DNA from: Auanema rhodensis
Taxonomy: Eukaryota > Animalia > Nematoda
Direction: 5' to 3'
DNA length: 64,000 bases
NCBI GenBank assembly: GCA_964057225.1
Contig: OZ059897.1
Location: 5,084,001 to 5,148,000, forward strand
In this document: piece by piece, positions 28,501-44,000 of the stretch
Layout: every line of letters starts with the position of its first letter
Position numbering within the stretch: the first letter of the stretch is position 1
Translations under genes and position numbers: made by a program
Notes under the pieces: generated by a model
Told to the model about the DNA's origin: nothing
The model's database searches: none
What the model saw: only the letters and a program-made list of their open reading frames with translations

Positions 28501-31500
28501 TCACGTAAATTTCAAAATCATGGTTACCATGCACCAATATCAATAAAAATTTGTTTTTAGACTAATATGCACATGGGGAATCTAATTTTAAAAACCGCAT
28601 CTCTTTATCTTTCACGTGAAGTGAGTTACATACCAAGTGCACAGCACGTGTACATTTAATTAGCATAAATTAAAGTTCACGTAAAATTCAAAGTCATGGT
28701 TACCATGCACTAATATCAATAAAAATTTGTTTTTAGACTAATATGGACAAGGGGAATCTAATTTTGAAAACCGCATCTCTTTATCTTTCACGTGAAGCAA
28801 GTTACATACCAAGTGCACATCACGTGCACATTTAATTAGCATAAATTAAAGTTCACGTAAATTTCAAAGTCATGGTTACCATGCACCAATATCAATAAAA
28901 ATTTGTTTTTAGACTAATATGGACATGGGGAATCTAATTTTGAAAACCGCATCTCTTTATCTTTCACGTGAAGCGAGTTACATACCAAGTGCACATCACG
29001 TGTACATTTAATTAGCATAAACTAAAGTTCGCGTAAATTTCAAAGTCATGGTTACCATGCACCAATATCAATAAAAATTTGTTTTTAGACTAATATGGAC
29101 ATGGGGAATCTAATTTTGAAAACCGCGTCTCTTTATCTTTCACGTGATGCGAGTTACATACCAAGTGCACATCACGTGTACATTTAATTAGCATAAATTA
29201 AAGTTCACGTAAATTTCAAAGTCATGGTTACCATGCACCAATATCAATAAAAATTTGTTTTTAGACTAATATGGACATGGGGAATCTAATTTTGAAAACC
29301 GCATCTCTTTATCTTTCACGTGAAGTGAGTTACATACCAAGTGTACATCACGTGCACATTTAATTAGCATAAATTAAAGTTCACGTAAATTTCAAAGTCA
29401 TGGTTACCATGCACCAATATCAATAAAAATTTGTTTTTAGACTAATATGGACATGGGGAATCTAATATTGAAAACCGCATCTCTTTATCTTTCACGTGAA
29501 GCAAGTTACATACCAAGTGCACATCACGTGTACATTTAATTAGCATAAATTAAAGTTCACGTAAATTTCAAAGTCATGGTTACCATGCACCAATATCAAT
29601 AAAAATTTGTTTTTAGACTAATATGGACATGGGGAATCTAATTTTGAAAACCGCATCTCTTTATCTTTCACGTGAAGCAAGTTACGAACCAAGTGCACAT
29701 CACGTGTACATTTAATTAGCATAAATTAAAGTTCACGTAAATTTCAAAGTCATGGTTACCATGCACCAATATCAATAAAAATTTGTTTTTAGACTAATAT
29801 GGACATGGGGAATCTAATTTTGAAAACCGCATCTCTTTATCTTTCACGTGAAGCGAGTTACATACCAAGTGCACATCACGTGTACATTTAATTAGCATAA
29901 ATTAAAGTTCACGTAAATTTCAAAGTCATGGTTACCATGCACCAATATCAATAAAAATTTGTTTTTAGACTAATATGCACATGGGGAATCTAATTTTAAA
30001 AACCGCATCTCTTTATCTTTCACGTGAAGTGAGTTACATACCAAGTGCACAGCACGTGTACATTTAATTAGCATAAATTAAAGTTCACGTAAATTTCAAA
30101 GTCATGGTTACCATGCACTAATATCAATAAAAATTTGTTTTAGACTAATATGGACATGGGGAATCTAATTTTGAAAACCGCATCTCTTTATCTTTCACGT
30201 GAAGCAAGTTACATACCAAGTGCACATCACGTGCACATTTAATTAGCATAAATTAAAGTTCACGTAAATTTCAAAGTCATGGTTACCATGCACCAATATC
30301 AATAAAAATTTGTTTTTCGACTAATATGGACATGGGGAATCTAATTTTGAAAACCGCATCTCTTTATCTTTCACGTGAAGTGAGTTACATACCAAGTGCA
30401 CATCACGTGTACATTTAATTAGCATAAATTAAAGTTCACGTAAATTTCAAAGTCATGGTTACCATGCACCAATATCAATAAAAATTTGTTTTTAGACTAA
30501 TATGGACATGGGGAATCTAATTTTGAAAACCGCATCTCTTTATCTTTCACGTGAAGCGAGTTACATACCAAGTGCACATCACGTGCACATTTAATTAGCA
30601 TAAATTAAAGTTCACGTAAATTTCAAAGTCATGGTTACCATGCACCAATATCAATAAAAATTTGTTTTTAGACTAATATGGACATGGGGAATCTAATTTT
30701 AAAAACCGCATCTCTTTATCTTTCACGTGAAGCGAGTTACATACCAAGTGCACATCACGTGTACATTTAATTAACATAAATTAAAGTTCACGTAAATTTC
30801 AAACTCATGGTTACCATGCACCAATATCAATAAAAATTTGTTTTTAGACTAATATGGACATGGGGAATCTAATTTTGAAAACCGCATCTCTTTATCTTTC
30901 ACGTGAAGTGGGTTACATACCAAGTGCACATCACGTGTACACTTAATTAGCATAAATTAAAGTTCACGTAAATTTCAAAGTCATGGTTACCATGCACCAA
31001 TATCAATAAAAATTTGTTTTTAGACTAATATGGACATGGGGAATCTAATTTTAAAAACCGCATCTCTTTATCTTTCACGTGAAGCAAGTTACATACCAAG
31101 TGCACAGCACGTGTACATTTAATTAGCATAAATTAAAGTTCACGTAAATTTCAAAGTCATGGTTACCATGCACCAATATCAATAAAAATTTGTTTTTAGA
31201 CTAATATGGACATGGGGAATCTAATTTTGAAAATCGCATCTCTTTATCTTTCACGTGAAGCGAGTTACATACCAAGTGCACATCACGTGTACATTTAATT
31301 AGCATAAATTAAAGTTCACGTAAATTTCAAAGTCATGGTTACCATGCACCAATATCAATAAAAATTTGTTTTTAGACTAAAATGGACATGGGGAATCTAA
31401 TTTTGAAAACCGCATCTCTTTATCTTTCACGTGAAGCGAGTTACATACCAAGTGCACATCACGTGTACATTTAATTAGCATAAATTAAAGTTCACGTAAA

Positions 31501-32738
31501 TTTCAAAGTCATGGTTACCATGCACCAATATCAATAAAAATTTGTTTTTCGACTAATATGGACATGGGGAATCTAATTTTGAAAACCGCATCTCTTTATC
31601 TTTCACGTGAAGTGAGTTACATACCAAGTGCACATCACGTGTACATTTAATTAGCATAAATTAAAGTTCACGTAAATTTCAAAGTCATGGTTACCATGCA
31701 CCAATATCAATAAAAATTTGTTTTTAGACTAATATGGACATGGGGAATCTAATTTTGAAAACCGCATCTCTTTATCTTTCACGTGAAGCGAGTTACATAC
31801 CAAGTGCACATCACGTGCACATTTAATTAGCATAAATTAAAGTTCACGTAAATTTCAAAGTCATGGTTACCATGCACCAATATCAATAAAAATTTGTTTT
31901 TAGACTAATATGGACATGGGGAATCTAATTTTAAAAACCGCATCTCTTTATCTTTCACGTGAAGCAAGTTACATACCAAGTGCATAGCACGTGTACATTT
32001 AATTAGCATAAATTAAAGTTCACGTAAATTTCAAAGTCATGGTTACCATGCACCAATATCAATAAAAATTTGTTTTTAGACTAATATGGACATGGGGAAT
32101 CTAATTGTGAAAACCGCATCTCTTTATCTTTCACGTGAAGCGAGTTACATACCAAGTGCACATCACGTGTACATTTAATTAACATAAATTAAAGTTCACG
32201 TAAATTTCAAACTCATGGTTACCATGCACCAATATCAATAAAAATTTGTTTTTAGACTAATATGGACATGGGGAATCTAATTTTGAAAACCGCATCTCTT
32301 TATCTTTCACGTGAAGTGGGTTACATACCAAGTGCACATCACGTGTACACTTAATTAGCATAAATTAAAGTTCACGTAAATTTCAAAGTCATGGTTACCA
32401 TGCACCAATATCAATAAAAATTTGTTTTTAGACTAATATGGACATGGGGAATCTAATTTTAAAAACCGCATCTCTTTATCTTTCACGTGAAGCAAGTTAC
32501 ATACCAAGTGCACAGCACGTGTACATTTAATTAGCATAAATTAAAGTTCACGTAAATTTCAAACTCATGGTTACCATGCACCAATATCAATAAAAATTTG
32601 TTTTTAGACTAATATGGACATGGGGAATCTAATTTTGAAAATCGCATCTCTTTATCTTTCACGTGAAGCGAGTTACATACCAAGTGCACATCACGTGTAC
32701 ATTTAATTAGCATAAATTAAAGTTCACGTAAATTTCAA

Positions 32739-35700
32739 AGTCATGGTTACCATGCACCAATATCAATAAAAATTTGTTTTTAGACTAAAATGGACATGGG
32801 GAATCTAATTTTGAAAACCGCATCTCTTTATCTTTCACGTGAAGCGAGTTACATACCAAGTGCACATCACGTGTACATTTAATTAGCATAAATTAAAGTT
32901 CACGTAAATTTCAAAGTCATGGTTACCATGCACCAATATCAATAAAAATTTGTTTTTAGACTAATATGGACATGGGGAATCTAATTTTGAAAACCCCATC
33001 TCTTTATCTTTCACGTGAAGTGAGTTACATACCAAGTGTACATCACGTGCACATTTAATTAGCATAAATTAAAGTTCACGTAAATTTCAAAGTCATGGTT
33101 ACCATGCACCAATATCAATAAAAATTTGTTTTTAGACTAATATGGACATGGGGAATCTAATTTTGGAAACCGCATCTCTTTATCTTTCACGTGAAGCAAG
33201 TTACATACCAAGTGCACATCACGTGTACATTTAATTAGCATAAATTAAAGTTCACGTAAATTTCAAAGTCATGGTTACCATGCACCAATATCAATAAAAA
33301 TTTGTTTTTAGACTAATATGGACATGGGGAATCATCTAATTTTGAAAACCGCATCTCTTTATCTTTCACGTGAAGTGAGTTACATACCAAGTGTACATCA
33401 CGTGTACATTTAATTAGCATAAATTAAAGTTCACGTAAATTTCAAACTCATGGTTACCATGCACCAATATCAATAAAAATTTGTTTTTAGACTAATATGG
33501 ACATGGGGAATCTAATTTTAAAAACCGCATCTCTTTATCTTTCACGTGAAGCAAGTTACATACCAAGTGCACAGCACGTGTACATTTAATTAGCATAAAT
33601 TAAAGTTCACGTAAATTTCAAAGTCATGGTTACCATGCACCAATATCAATAAAAATTTGTTTTTAGACTAATATGAACATGGGGAATCTAATTTTGAAAA
33701 CCGCATCTCCTTATCTTTCACGTGAAGCAAGTTACATACCAAGTGCACATCACGTGTACATTTAATTAGCATAAATTAAAGTTCACGTAAATTTCAAAGT
33801 CATGGTTACCATGCACCAATATCAATAAAAATTTGTTTTTAGACTAATATGAACATGGGGAATCTAATTTTGGAAACCGCATCTCTTTATCTTTTACGTG
33901 AAGCGAGTTACATACCAAGTGCACATCACGTGCACATTTAATTAGCATAAATTAAAGTTCACGTAAATTTCAAAGTCATGGTTACCATGCACCAATATCA
34001 ATAAAAATTTGTTTTTAGACTAATATGGACATGGGGAATCTAATTTTGGAAACCGCATCTCTTTATCTTTCACGTGAAGCAAGTTACATACCAAGTGCAC
34101 ATCACGTGTACATTTAATTAGCATAAATTAAAGTTCACGTAAATTTCAAAGTCATGGTTACCATGCACCAATATCAATAAAAATTTGTTTTTAGACTAAT
34201 ATGGACATGGGGAATCATCTAATTTTGAAAACCGCATCTCTTTATCTTTCACGTGAAGTGAGTTACATACCAAGTGTACATCACGTGTACATTTAATTAG
34301 CATAAATTAAAGTTCACGTAAATTTCAAACTCATGGTTACCATGCACCAATATCAATAAAAATTTGTTTTTAGACTAATATGGACATGGGGAATCTAATT
34401 TTAAAAACCGCATCTCTTTATCTTTCACGTGAAGCAAGTTACATACCAAGTGCACAGCACGTGTACATTTAATTAGCATAAATTAAAGTTCACGTAAATT
34501 TCAAAGTCATGGTTACCATGCACCAATATCAATAAAAATTTGTTTTTAGACTAATATGAACATGGGGAATCTAATTTTGAAAACCGCATCTCCTTATCTT
34601 TCACGTGAAGCAAGTTACATACCAAGTGCACATCACGTGTACATTTAATTAGCATAAATTAAAGTTCACGTAAATTTCAAAGTCATGGTTACCATGCACC
34701 AATATCAATAAAAATTTGTTTTTAGACTAATATGAACATGGGGAATCTAATTTTGGAAACCGCATCTCTTTATCTTTTACGTGAAGCGAGTTACATACCA
34801 AGTGCACATCACGTGTACATTTAATTAGCATAAATTAAAGTTCACGTAAATTTCAAAGTCATGGTTACCATGCACCAATATCAATAAAAATTTGTTTTTA
34901 GACTAAAATGGACATGGGGAATCTAATTTTGAAAACCGCATCTCTTTATCTTTCACGTGAAGCGAGTTACATACCAAGTGCACATCACGTGTACATTTAA
35001 TTAGCATAAATTAAAGTTCACGTAAATTTCAAAGTCATGGTTACCATGCACCAATATCAATAAAAATTTGTTTTTAGACTAATATGGACATGGGGAATCT
35101 AATTTTGAAAACCCCATCTCTTTATCTTTCACGTGAAGTGAGTTACATACCAAGTGTACATCACGTGCACATTTAATTAGCATAAATTAAAGTTCACGTA
35201 AATTTCAAAGTCATGGTTACCATGCACCAATATCAATAAAAATTTGTTTTTAGACTAATATGGACATGGGGAATCTAATTTTGGAAACCGCATCTCTTTA
35301 TCTTTCACGTGAAGCAAGTTACATACCAAGTGCACATCACGTGTACATTTAATTAGCATAAATTAAAGTTCACGTAAATTTCAAAGTCATGGTTACCATG
35401 CACCAATATCAATAAAAATTTGTTTTTAGACTAATATGGACATGGGGAATCATCTAATTTTGAAAACCGCATCTCTTTATCTTTCACGTGAAGTGAGTTA
35501 CATACCAAGTGTACATCACGTGTACATTTAATTAGCATAAATTAAAGTTCACGTAAATTTCAAACTCATGGTTACCATGCACCAATATCAATAAAAATTT
35601 GTTTTTAGACTAATATGGACATGGGGAATCTAATTTTAAAAACCGCATCTCTTTATCTTTCACGTGAAGCAAGTTACATACCAAGTTCACAGCACGTGTA

Positions 35701-38700
35701 CATTTAATTAGCATAAATTAAAGTTCACGTAAATTTCAAAGTCATGGTTACCATGCACCAATATCAATAAAAATTTGTTTTTAGACTAATATGAACATGG
35801 GGAATCTAATTTTGAAAACCGCATCTCCTTATCTTTCACGTGAAGCAAGTTACATACCAAGTGCACATCACGTGTACATTTAATTAGCATAAATTAAAGT
35901 TCACGTAAATTTCAAAGTCATGGTTACCATGCACCAATATCAATAAAAATTTGTTTTTAGACTAATATGAACATGGGGAATCTAATTTTGGAAACCGCAT
36001 CTCTTTATCTTTTACGTGAAGCGAGTTACATACCAAGTGCACATCACGTGCACATTTAATTAGCATAAATTAAAGTTCACGTAAATTTCAAAGTCATGGT
36101 TACCATGCACCAATATCAATAAAAATTTGTTTTTAGACTAATATGGACATGGGGAATCTAATTTTGGAAACCGCATCTCTTTATCTTTCACGTGAAGCAA
36201 GTTACATACCAAGTGCACATCACGTGTACATTTAATTAGCATAAATTAAAGTTCACGTAAATTTCAAAGTCATGGTTACCATGCACCAATATCAATAAAA
36301 ATTTGTTTTTAGACTAATATGGACATGGGGAATCATCTAATTTTGAAAACCGCATCTCTTTATCTTTCACGTGAAGTGAGTTACATACCAAGTGTACATC
36401 ACGTGTACATTTAATTAGCATAAATTAAAGTTCACGTAAATTTCAAACTCATGGTTACCATGCACCAATATCAATAAAAATTTGTTTTTAGACTAATATG
36501 GACATGGGGAATCTAATTTTAAAAACCGCATCTCTTTATCTTTCACGTGAAGCAAGTTACATACCAAGTGCACAGCACGTGTACATTTAATTAGCATAAA
36601 TTAAAGTTCACGTAAATTTCAAAGTCATGGTTACCATGCACCAATATCAATAAAAATTTGTTTTTAGACTAATATGAACATGGGGAATCTAATTTTGAAA
36701 ACCGCATCTCCTTATCTTTCACGTGAAGCAAGTTACATACCAAGTGCACATCACGTGTACATTTAATTAGCATAAATTAAAGTTCACGTAAATTTCAAAG
36801 TCATGGTTACCATGCACCAATATCAATAAAAATTTGTTTTTAGACTAATATGAACATGGGGAATCTAATTTTGGAAACCGCATCTCTTTATCTTTTACGT
36901 GAAGCGAGTTACATACCAAGTGCACATCACGTGCACATTTAATTAGCATAAATTAAAGTTCACGTAAATTTCAAAGTCATGGTTACCATGCACCAATATC
37001 AATAAAAATTTGTTTTTAGACTAATATGGACATGGGGAATCTAATTTTGGAAACCGCATCTCTTTATCTTTCACGTGAAGCAAGTTACATACCAAGTGCA
37101 CATCACGTGTACATTTAATTAGCATAAATTAAAGTTCACGTAAATTTCAAAGTCATGGTTACCATGCACTAATATCAATAAAAATTTGTTTTTAGACTAA
37201 TATGGACATGGGGAATCTAATTTTAAAAACCGCATCTCTTTATCTTTCACGTGAAGCAAGTTACATACCAAGTGCACAGCACGTGTACATTTAATTAGCA
37301 TAAATTAAAGTTCACGTAAATTTCAAAGTCATGGTTACCATGCACCAATATCAATAAAAATTTGTTTTTAGACTAATATGAACATGGGGAATCTAATTTT
37401 GAAAACCGCATCTCCTTATCTTTCACGTGAAGCAAGTTACATACCAAGTGCACATCACGTGTACATTTAATTAGCATAAATTAAAGTTCACGTAAATTTC
37501 AAAGTCATGGTTACCATGCACCAATATCAATAAAAATTTGTTTTTAGACTAATATGAACATGGGGAATCTAATTTTGGAAACCGCATCTCTTTATCTTTT
37601 ACGTGAAGCGAGTTACATACCAAGTGCACATCACGTGTACATTTAATTAGCATAAATTAAAGTTCACGTAAATTTCAAAGTCATGGTTACCATGCACCAA
37701 TATCAATAAAAATTTGTTTTTAGACTAAAATGGACATGGGGAATCTAATTTTGAAAACCGCATCTCTTTATCTTTCACGTGAAGCGAGTTACATACCAAG
37801 TGCACATCACGTGTACATTTAATTAGCATAAATTAAAGTTCACGTAAATTTCAAAGTCATGGTTACCATGCACCAATATCAATAAAAATTTGTTTTTAGA
37901 CTAATATGGACATGGGGAATCTAATTTTGAAAACCCCATCTCTTTATCTTTCACGTGAAGTGAGTTACATACCAAGTGTACATCACGTGCACATTTAATT
38001 AGCATAAATTAAAGTTCACGTAAATTTCAAAGTCATGGTTACCATGCACCAATATCAATAAAAATTTGTTTTTAGACTAATATGGACATGGGGAATCTAA
38101 TTTTGAAAACCGCATCTCCTTATCTTTCACGTGAAGCAAGTTACATACCAAGTGCACATCACGTGCACATTTAATTAGCATAAATTAAAGTTCACGTAAA
38201 TTTCAAAGTCATGGTTACCATGCACCAATATCAATAAAAATTTGTTTTTAGACTAATATGGACATGGGGAATCTAATTTTGGAAACCGCATCTCTTTATC
38301 TTTCACGTGAAGCAAGTTACATACCAAGTGCACATCACGTGTACATTTAATTAGCATAAATTAAAGTTCACGTAAATTTCAAAGTCATGGTTACCATGCA
38401 CCAATATCAATAAAAATTTGTTTTTAGACTAATATGGACATGGGGAATCTAATTTTAAAAACCGCATCTCTTTATCTTTCACGTGAAGCAAGTTACATAC
38501 CAAGTGCACAGCACGTGTACATTTAATTAGCATAAATTAAAGTTCACGTAAATTTCAAAGTCATGGTTACCATGCACCAATATCAATAAAAATTTGTTTT
38601 TAGACTAATATGAACATGGGGAATCTAATTTTGAAAACCGCATCTCCTTATCTTTCACGTGAAGCAAGTTACATACCAAGTGCACATCACGTGTACATTT

Positions 38701-41028
38701 AATTAGCATAAATTAAAGTTCACGTAAATTTCAAAGTCATGGTTACCATGCACCAATATCAATAAAAATTTGTTTTTAGACTAATATGAACATGGGGAAT
38801 CTAATTTTGGAAACCGCATCTCTTTATCTTTTACGTGAAGCGAGTTACATACCAAGTGCACATCACGTGTACATTTAATTAGCATAAATTAAAGTTCACG
38901 TAAATTTCAAAGTCATGGTTACCATGCACCAATATCAATAAAAATTTGTTTTTAGACTAAAATGGACATGGGGAATCTAATTTTGAAAACCGCATCTCTT
39001 TATCTTTCACGTGAAGCGAGTTACATACCAAGTGCACATCACGTGTACATTTAATTAGCATAAATTAAAGTTCACGTAAATTTCAAAGTCATGGTTACCA
39101 TGCACCAATATCAATAAAAATTTGTTTTTAGACTAATATGGACATGGGGAATCTAATTTTGAAAACCCCATCTCTTTATCTTTCACGTGAAGTGAGTTAC
39201 ATACCAAGTGTACATCACGTGCACATTTAATTAGCATAAATTAAAGTTCACGTAAATTTCAAAGTCATGGTTACCATGCACCAATATCAATAAAAATTTG
39301 TTTTTAGACTAATATGGACATGGGGAATCTAATTTTGGAAACCGCATCTCTTTATCTTTCACGTGAAGCAAGTTACATACCAAGTGCACATCACGTGTAC
39401 ATTTAATTAGCATAAATTAAAGTTCACGTAAATTTCAAAGTCATGGTTACCATGCACCAATATCAATAAAAATTTGTTTTTAGACTAATATGGACATGGG
39501 GAATCATCTAATTTTGAAAACCGCATCTCTTTATCTTTCACGTGAAGTGAGTTACATACCAAGTGTACATCACGTGTACATTTAATTAGCATAAATTAAA
39601 GTTCACGTAAATTTCAAACTCATGGTTACCATGCACCAATATCAATAAAAATTTGTTTTTAGACTAATATGGACATGGGGAATCTAATTTTAAAAACCGC
39701 ATCTCTTTATCTTTCACGTGAAGCAAGTTACATACCAAGTTCACAGCACGTGTACATTTAATTAGCATAAATTAAAGTTCACGTAAATTTCAAAGTCATG
39801 GTTACCATGCACCAATATCAATAAAAATTTGTTTTTAGACTAATATGAACATGGGGAATCTAATTTTGAAAACCGCATCTCCTTATCTTTCACGTGAAGC
39901 AAGTTACATACCAAGTGCACATCACGTGTACATTTAATTAGCATAAATTAAAGTTCACGTAAATTTCAAAGTCATGGTTACCATGCACCAATATCAATAA
40001 AAATTTGTTTTTAGACTAATATGAACATGGGGAATCTAATTTTGGAAACCGCATCTCTTTATCTTTTACGTGAAGCGAGTTACATACCAAGTGCACATCA
40101 CGTGCACATTTAATTAGCATAAATTAAAGTTCACGTAAATTTCAAAGTCATGGTTACCATGCACCAATATCAATAAAAATTTGTTTTTAGACTAATATGG
40201 ACATGGGGAATCTAATTTTGGAAACCGCATCTCTTTATCTTTCACGTGAAGCAAGTTACATACCAAGTGCACATCACGTGTACATTTAATTAGCATAAAT
40301 TAAAGTTCACGTAAATTTCAAAGTCATGGTTACCATGCACCAATATCAATAAAAATTTGTTTTTAGACTAATATGGACATGGGGAATCATCTAATTTTGA
40401 AAACCGCATCTCTTTATCTTTCACGTGAATTGAGTTACATACCAAGTGTACATCACGTGTACATTTAATTAGCATAAATTAAAGTTCACGTAAATTTCAA
40501 ACTCATGGTTACCATGCACCAATATCAATAAAAATTTGTTTTTAGACTAATATGGACATGGGGAATCTAATTTTAAAAACCGCATCTCTTTATCTTTCAC
40601 GTGAAGCAAGTTACATACCAAGTGCACAGCACGTGTACATTTAATTAGCATAAATTAAAGTTCACGTAAATTTCAAAGTCATGGTTACCATGCACCAATA
40701 TCAATAAAAATTTGTTTTTAGACTAATATGAACATGGGGAATCTAATTTTGAAAACCGCATCTCCTTATCTTTCACGTGAAGCAAGTTACATACCAAGTG
40801 CACATCACGTGTACATTTAATTAGCATAAATTAAAGTTCACGTAAATTTCAAAGTCATGGTTACCATGCACCAATATCAATAAAAATTTGTTTTTAGACT
40901 AATATGAACATGGGGAATCTAATTTTGGAAACCGCATCTCTTTATCTTTTACGTGAAGCGAGTTACATACCAAGTGCACATCACGTGCACATTTAATTAG
41001 CATAAATTAAAGTTCACGTAAATTTCAA
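32739..41028. repeat. Nested HOR: 883-bp 5-mer doubled within a 2118-bp 12-mer (copies at 32739, 34857, 38911)
   Basis: ATCATC insertion monomers occur in pairs 883 bp apart (33331/34214, 35449/36332, 39503/40386). Each 5+5 block is preceded by CTAAAATGG and AACCCC monomers. Confidence 0.92.
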
Positions 41029-44000
41029 AGTCATGGTTACCATGCACCAATATCAATAAAAATTTGTTTTTAGACTAATATGGACATGGGGAATCTAATT
41101 TTGGAAACCGCATCTCTTTATCTTTCACGTGAAGCAAGTTACATACCAAGTGCACATCACGTGCACATTTAATTAGCATAAATTAAAGTTCACGTAAATT
41201 TCAAACTCATGGTTACCATGCACCAATATCAATAAAAAATTGTTTTTAGACTAATATGGACATGGGAAATCTAATTTTGGAAACCGCATCTCTTTATCTT
41301 TTACGTGAAGCGAGTTACATACCAAGTGCACATCACGTGCACATTTAATTAGCATAAATTAAAGTTCACGTAAATTTCAAAGTCATGGTTACCATGCACC
41401 AATATCAATAAAAATTTGTTTTTAGACTAATATGGACATGGGGAATCTAATTTTGAAAACCGCATCTCCTTATCTTTCACGTGAAGCAAGTTACATACCA
41501 AGTGCACATCACGTGTACATTTAATTAGCATAAATTGAAGTTCACGTGAATTTCAAACTCATGGTTACCATGCACCAATATCAATAACAATTTGTTTTTA
41601 GACTAATATGGACATGGGGAATCTAATTTTGAAAACCGCATCTCTTTATCTTACACGTGAAGCAAGTTACATACCAAGTGCACAGCACGTGTACATTTAA
41701 TTAGCATAAATTAAAGTTCACGTAAATTTCAAAGTCATGGTTACCATGCACCAATATCAATAAAAATTTGTTTTTAGACTAATATGAACATGGGGAATCT
41801 AATTTTGGAAACCGCATCTCTTCATCTTTTACGTGAAGCGAGTTACATACCAAGTGCACATCACGTGCACATTTAATTAGCATAAATTAAAGTTCACGTA
41901 AATTTCAAAGTCATGGTTACCATGCACCAATATCAATAAAAATTTGTTTTTAGACTAATATGGACATGGGGAATCTAATTTTGAAAACCGCATCTCTTTA
42001 TCTTTCACGTGAAGCAAGTTACATACCAAGTGCACATCACGTGTACATTTAATTAGCATAAATTAAAGTTCAGGTAAATTTCAAAGTCATGGTTACCATG
42101 CACCAATATCAATAAAAATTTGTTTTTAGACTAATATAGAAATGGGGAATCTAATTTTGAAAACCGCATCTCTTTATCTTTCACGTGAAGCGAGTTACAT
42201 ACCAAGTGCACATCACGTGTACATTTAATTAGCATAAATTAAAGTTCACGTAAATTTCAAAATCATGGTTACCATGCACCAATATCAATAAAAATTTGTT
42301 TTTAGACTAATATGGACATGGGGAATCTAATTTTGAAAACCGCATCTCTTTATCTTTCATGTGAAGCAAGTTACATACCAAGTGCACATCGCTTGTACAT
42401 TTAATTAGCATAAATTAAAGTTCACGTAAATTTCAAAGTCATGGTTACCATGCACCAATATCAATAAAAATTTGTTTTTAGACTAATATGGACATGGGGA
42501 ATCTAATTTTGGAAACCGCATCTCTTTATCTTTCACGTGAAGCAAGTTACATACCAAGTGCACATCACGTGCACATTTAATTAGCATAAATTAAAGTTCA
42601 CGTAAATTTCAAACTCATGGTTACCATGCACCAATATCAATAAAAATTTGTTTTTAGACTAATATGGACATGTGGAATCTAATTTTGAAAACCGCATCTC
42701 TTTATCTTTCATGTGAAGCAAGTTACATACCAAGTGCACATCGCTTGTACATTTAATTAGCATAAATTAAAGTTCACGTAAATTTCAAAGTCATGGTTAC
42801 CATGCACCAATATCAATAAAAATTTGTTTTTAGACTAATATGAACATGGGGAATCTAATTTTGAAAATCGCATCTCTTTATCTTTCACGTGAAGCAAGTT
42901 ACATACCAAGTGCACAGCACGTGTACATTTAATTAGCATAAATTAAAGTTCACGTAAATTTCAAAGTCATGGTTACCATGCAACAATATCAATAAAAATT
43001 TGTTTTTAGACTAATATGGACATGTGGAATCTAATTTTGGAAACCGCATCTCTTTATCTTTCACGTGAAGCAAGTTACATACCAAGTGCACATCACGTGT
43101 ACATTTAACTAGCATAAATTAAAGTTCACGTAAATTTCAAAGTCATGGTTACCATGCACCAATATCAATAAAAATTTGTTTTTAGACTAATATGGACATG
43201 GGGAATCATCTAATTTTGAAAACCGCATCTCTTTATCTTTCACGTGAAGTGAGTTACATACCAAGTGTACATCACGTGTACATTTAATTAGCATAAATTA
43301 AAGTTCACGTAAATTTCAAACTCATGGTTACCATGCACCAATATCAATAAAAATTTGTTTTTAGACTAATATGGACATGGGGAATCTAATTTTAAAAACC
43401 GCATCTCTTTATCTTTCACGTGAAGCAAGTTACATACCAAGTTCACAGCACGTGTACATTTAATTAGCATAAATTAAAGTTCACGTAAATTTCAAAGTCA
43501 TGGTTACCATGCACCAATATCAATAAAAATTTGTTTTTAGACTAATATGAACATGGGGAATCTAATTTTGAAAACCGCATCTCCTTATCTTTCACGTGAA
43601 GCAAGTTACATACCAAGTGCACATCACGTGTACATTTAATTAGCATAAATTAAAGTTCACGTAAATTTCAAAGTCATGGTTACCATGCACCAATATCAAT
43701 AAAAATTTGTTTTTAGACTAATATGAACATGGGGAATCTAATTTTGGAAACCGCATCTCTTTATCTTTTACGTGAAGCGAGTTACATACCAAGTGCACAT
43801 CACGTGCACATTTAATTAGCATAAATTAAAGTTCACGTAAATTTCAAAGTCATGGTTACCATGCACCAATATCAATAAAAATTTGTTTTTAGACTAATAT
43901 GGACATGGGGAATCTAATTTTGGAAACCGCATCTCTTTATCTTTCACGTGAAGCAAGTTACATACCAAGTGCACATCACGTGTACATTTAATTAGCATAA

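Noticed and set aside
30315-30331. CENP-B box-like motif (TTCG-ACTA-A-TA-TGGA), also near 31548
   Set aside because: It matches only 7 of 9 essential bases of NTTCGNNNNANNCGGGN and occurs in two variant monomers. The consensus matches 6 of 9, which is not supportable.
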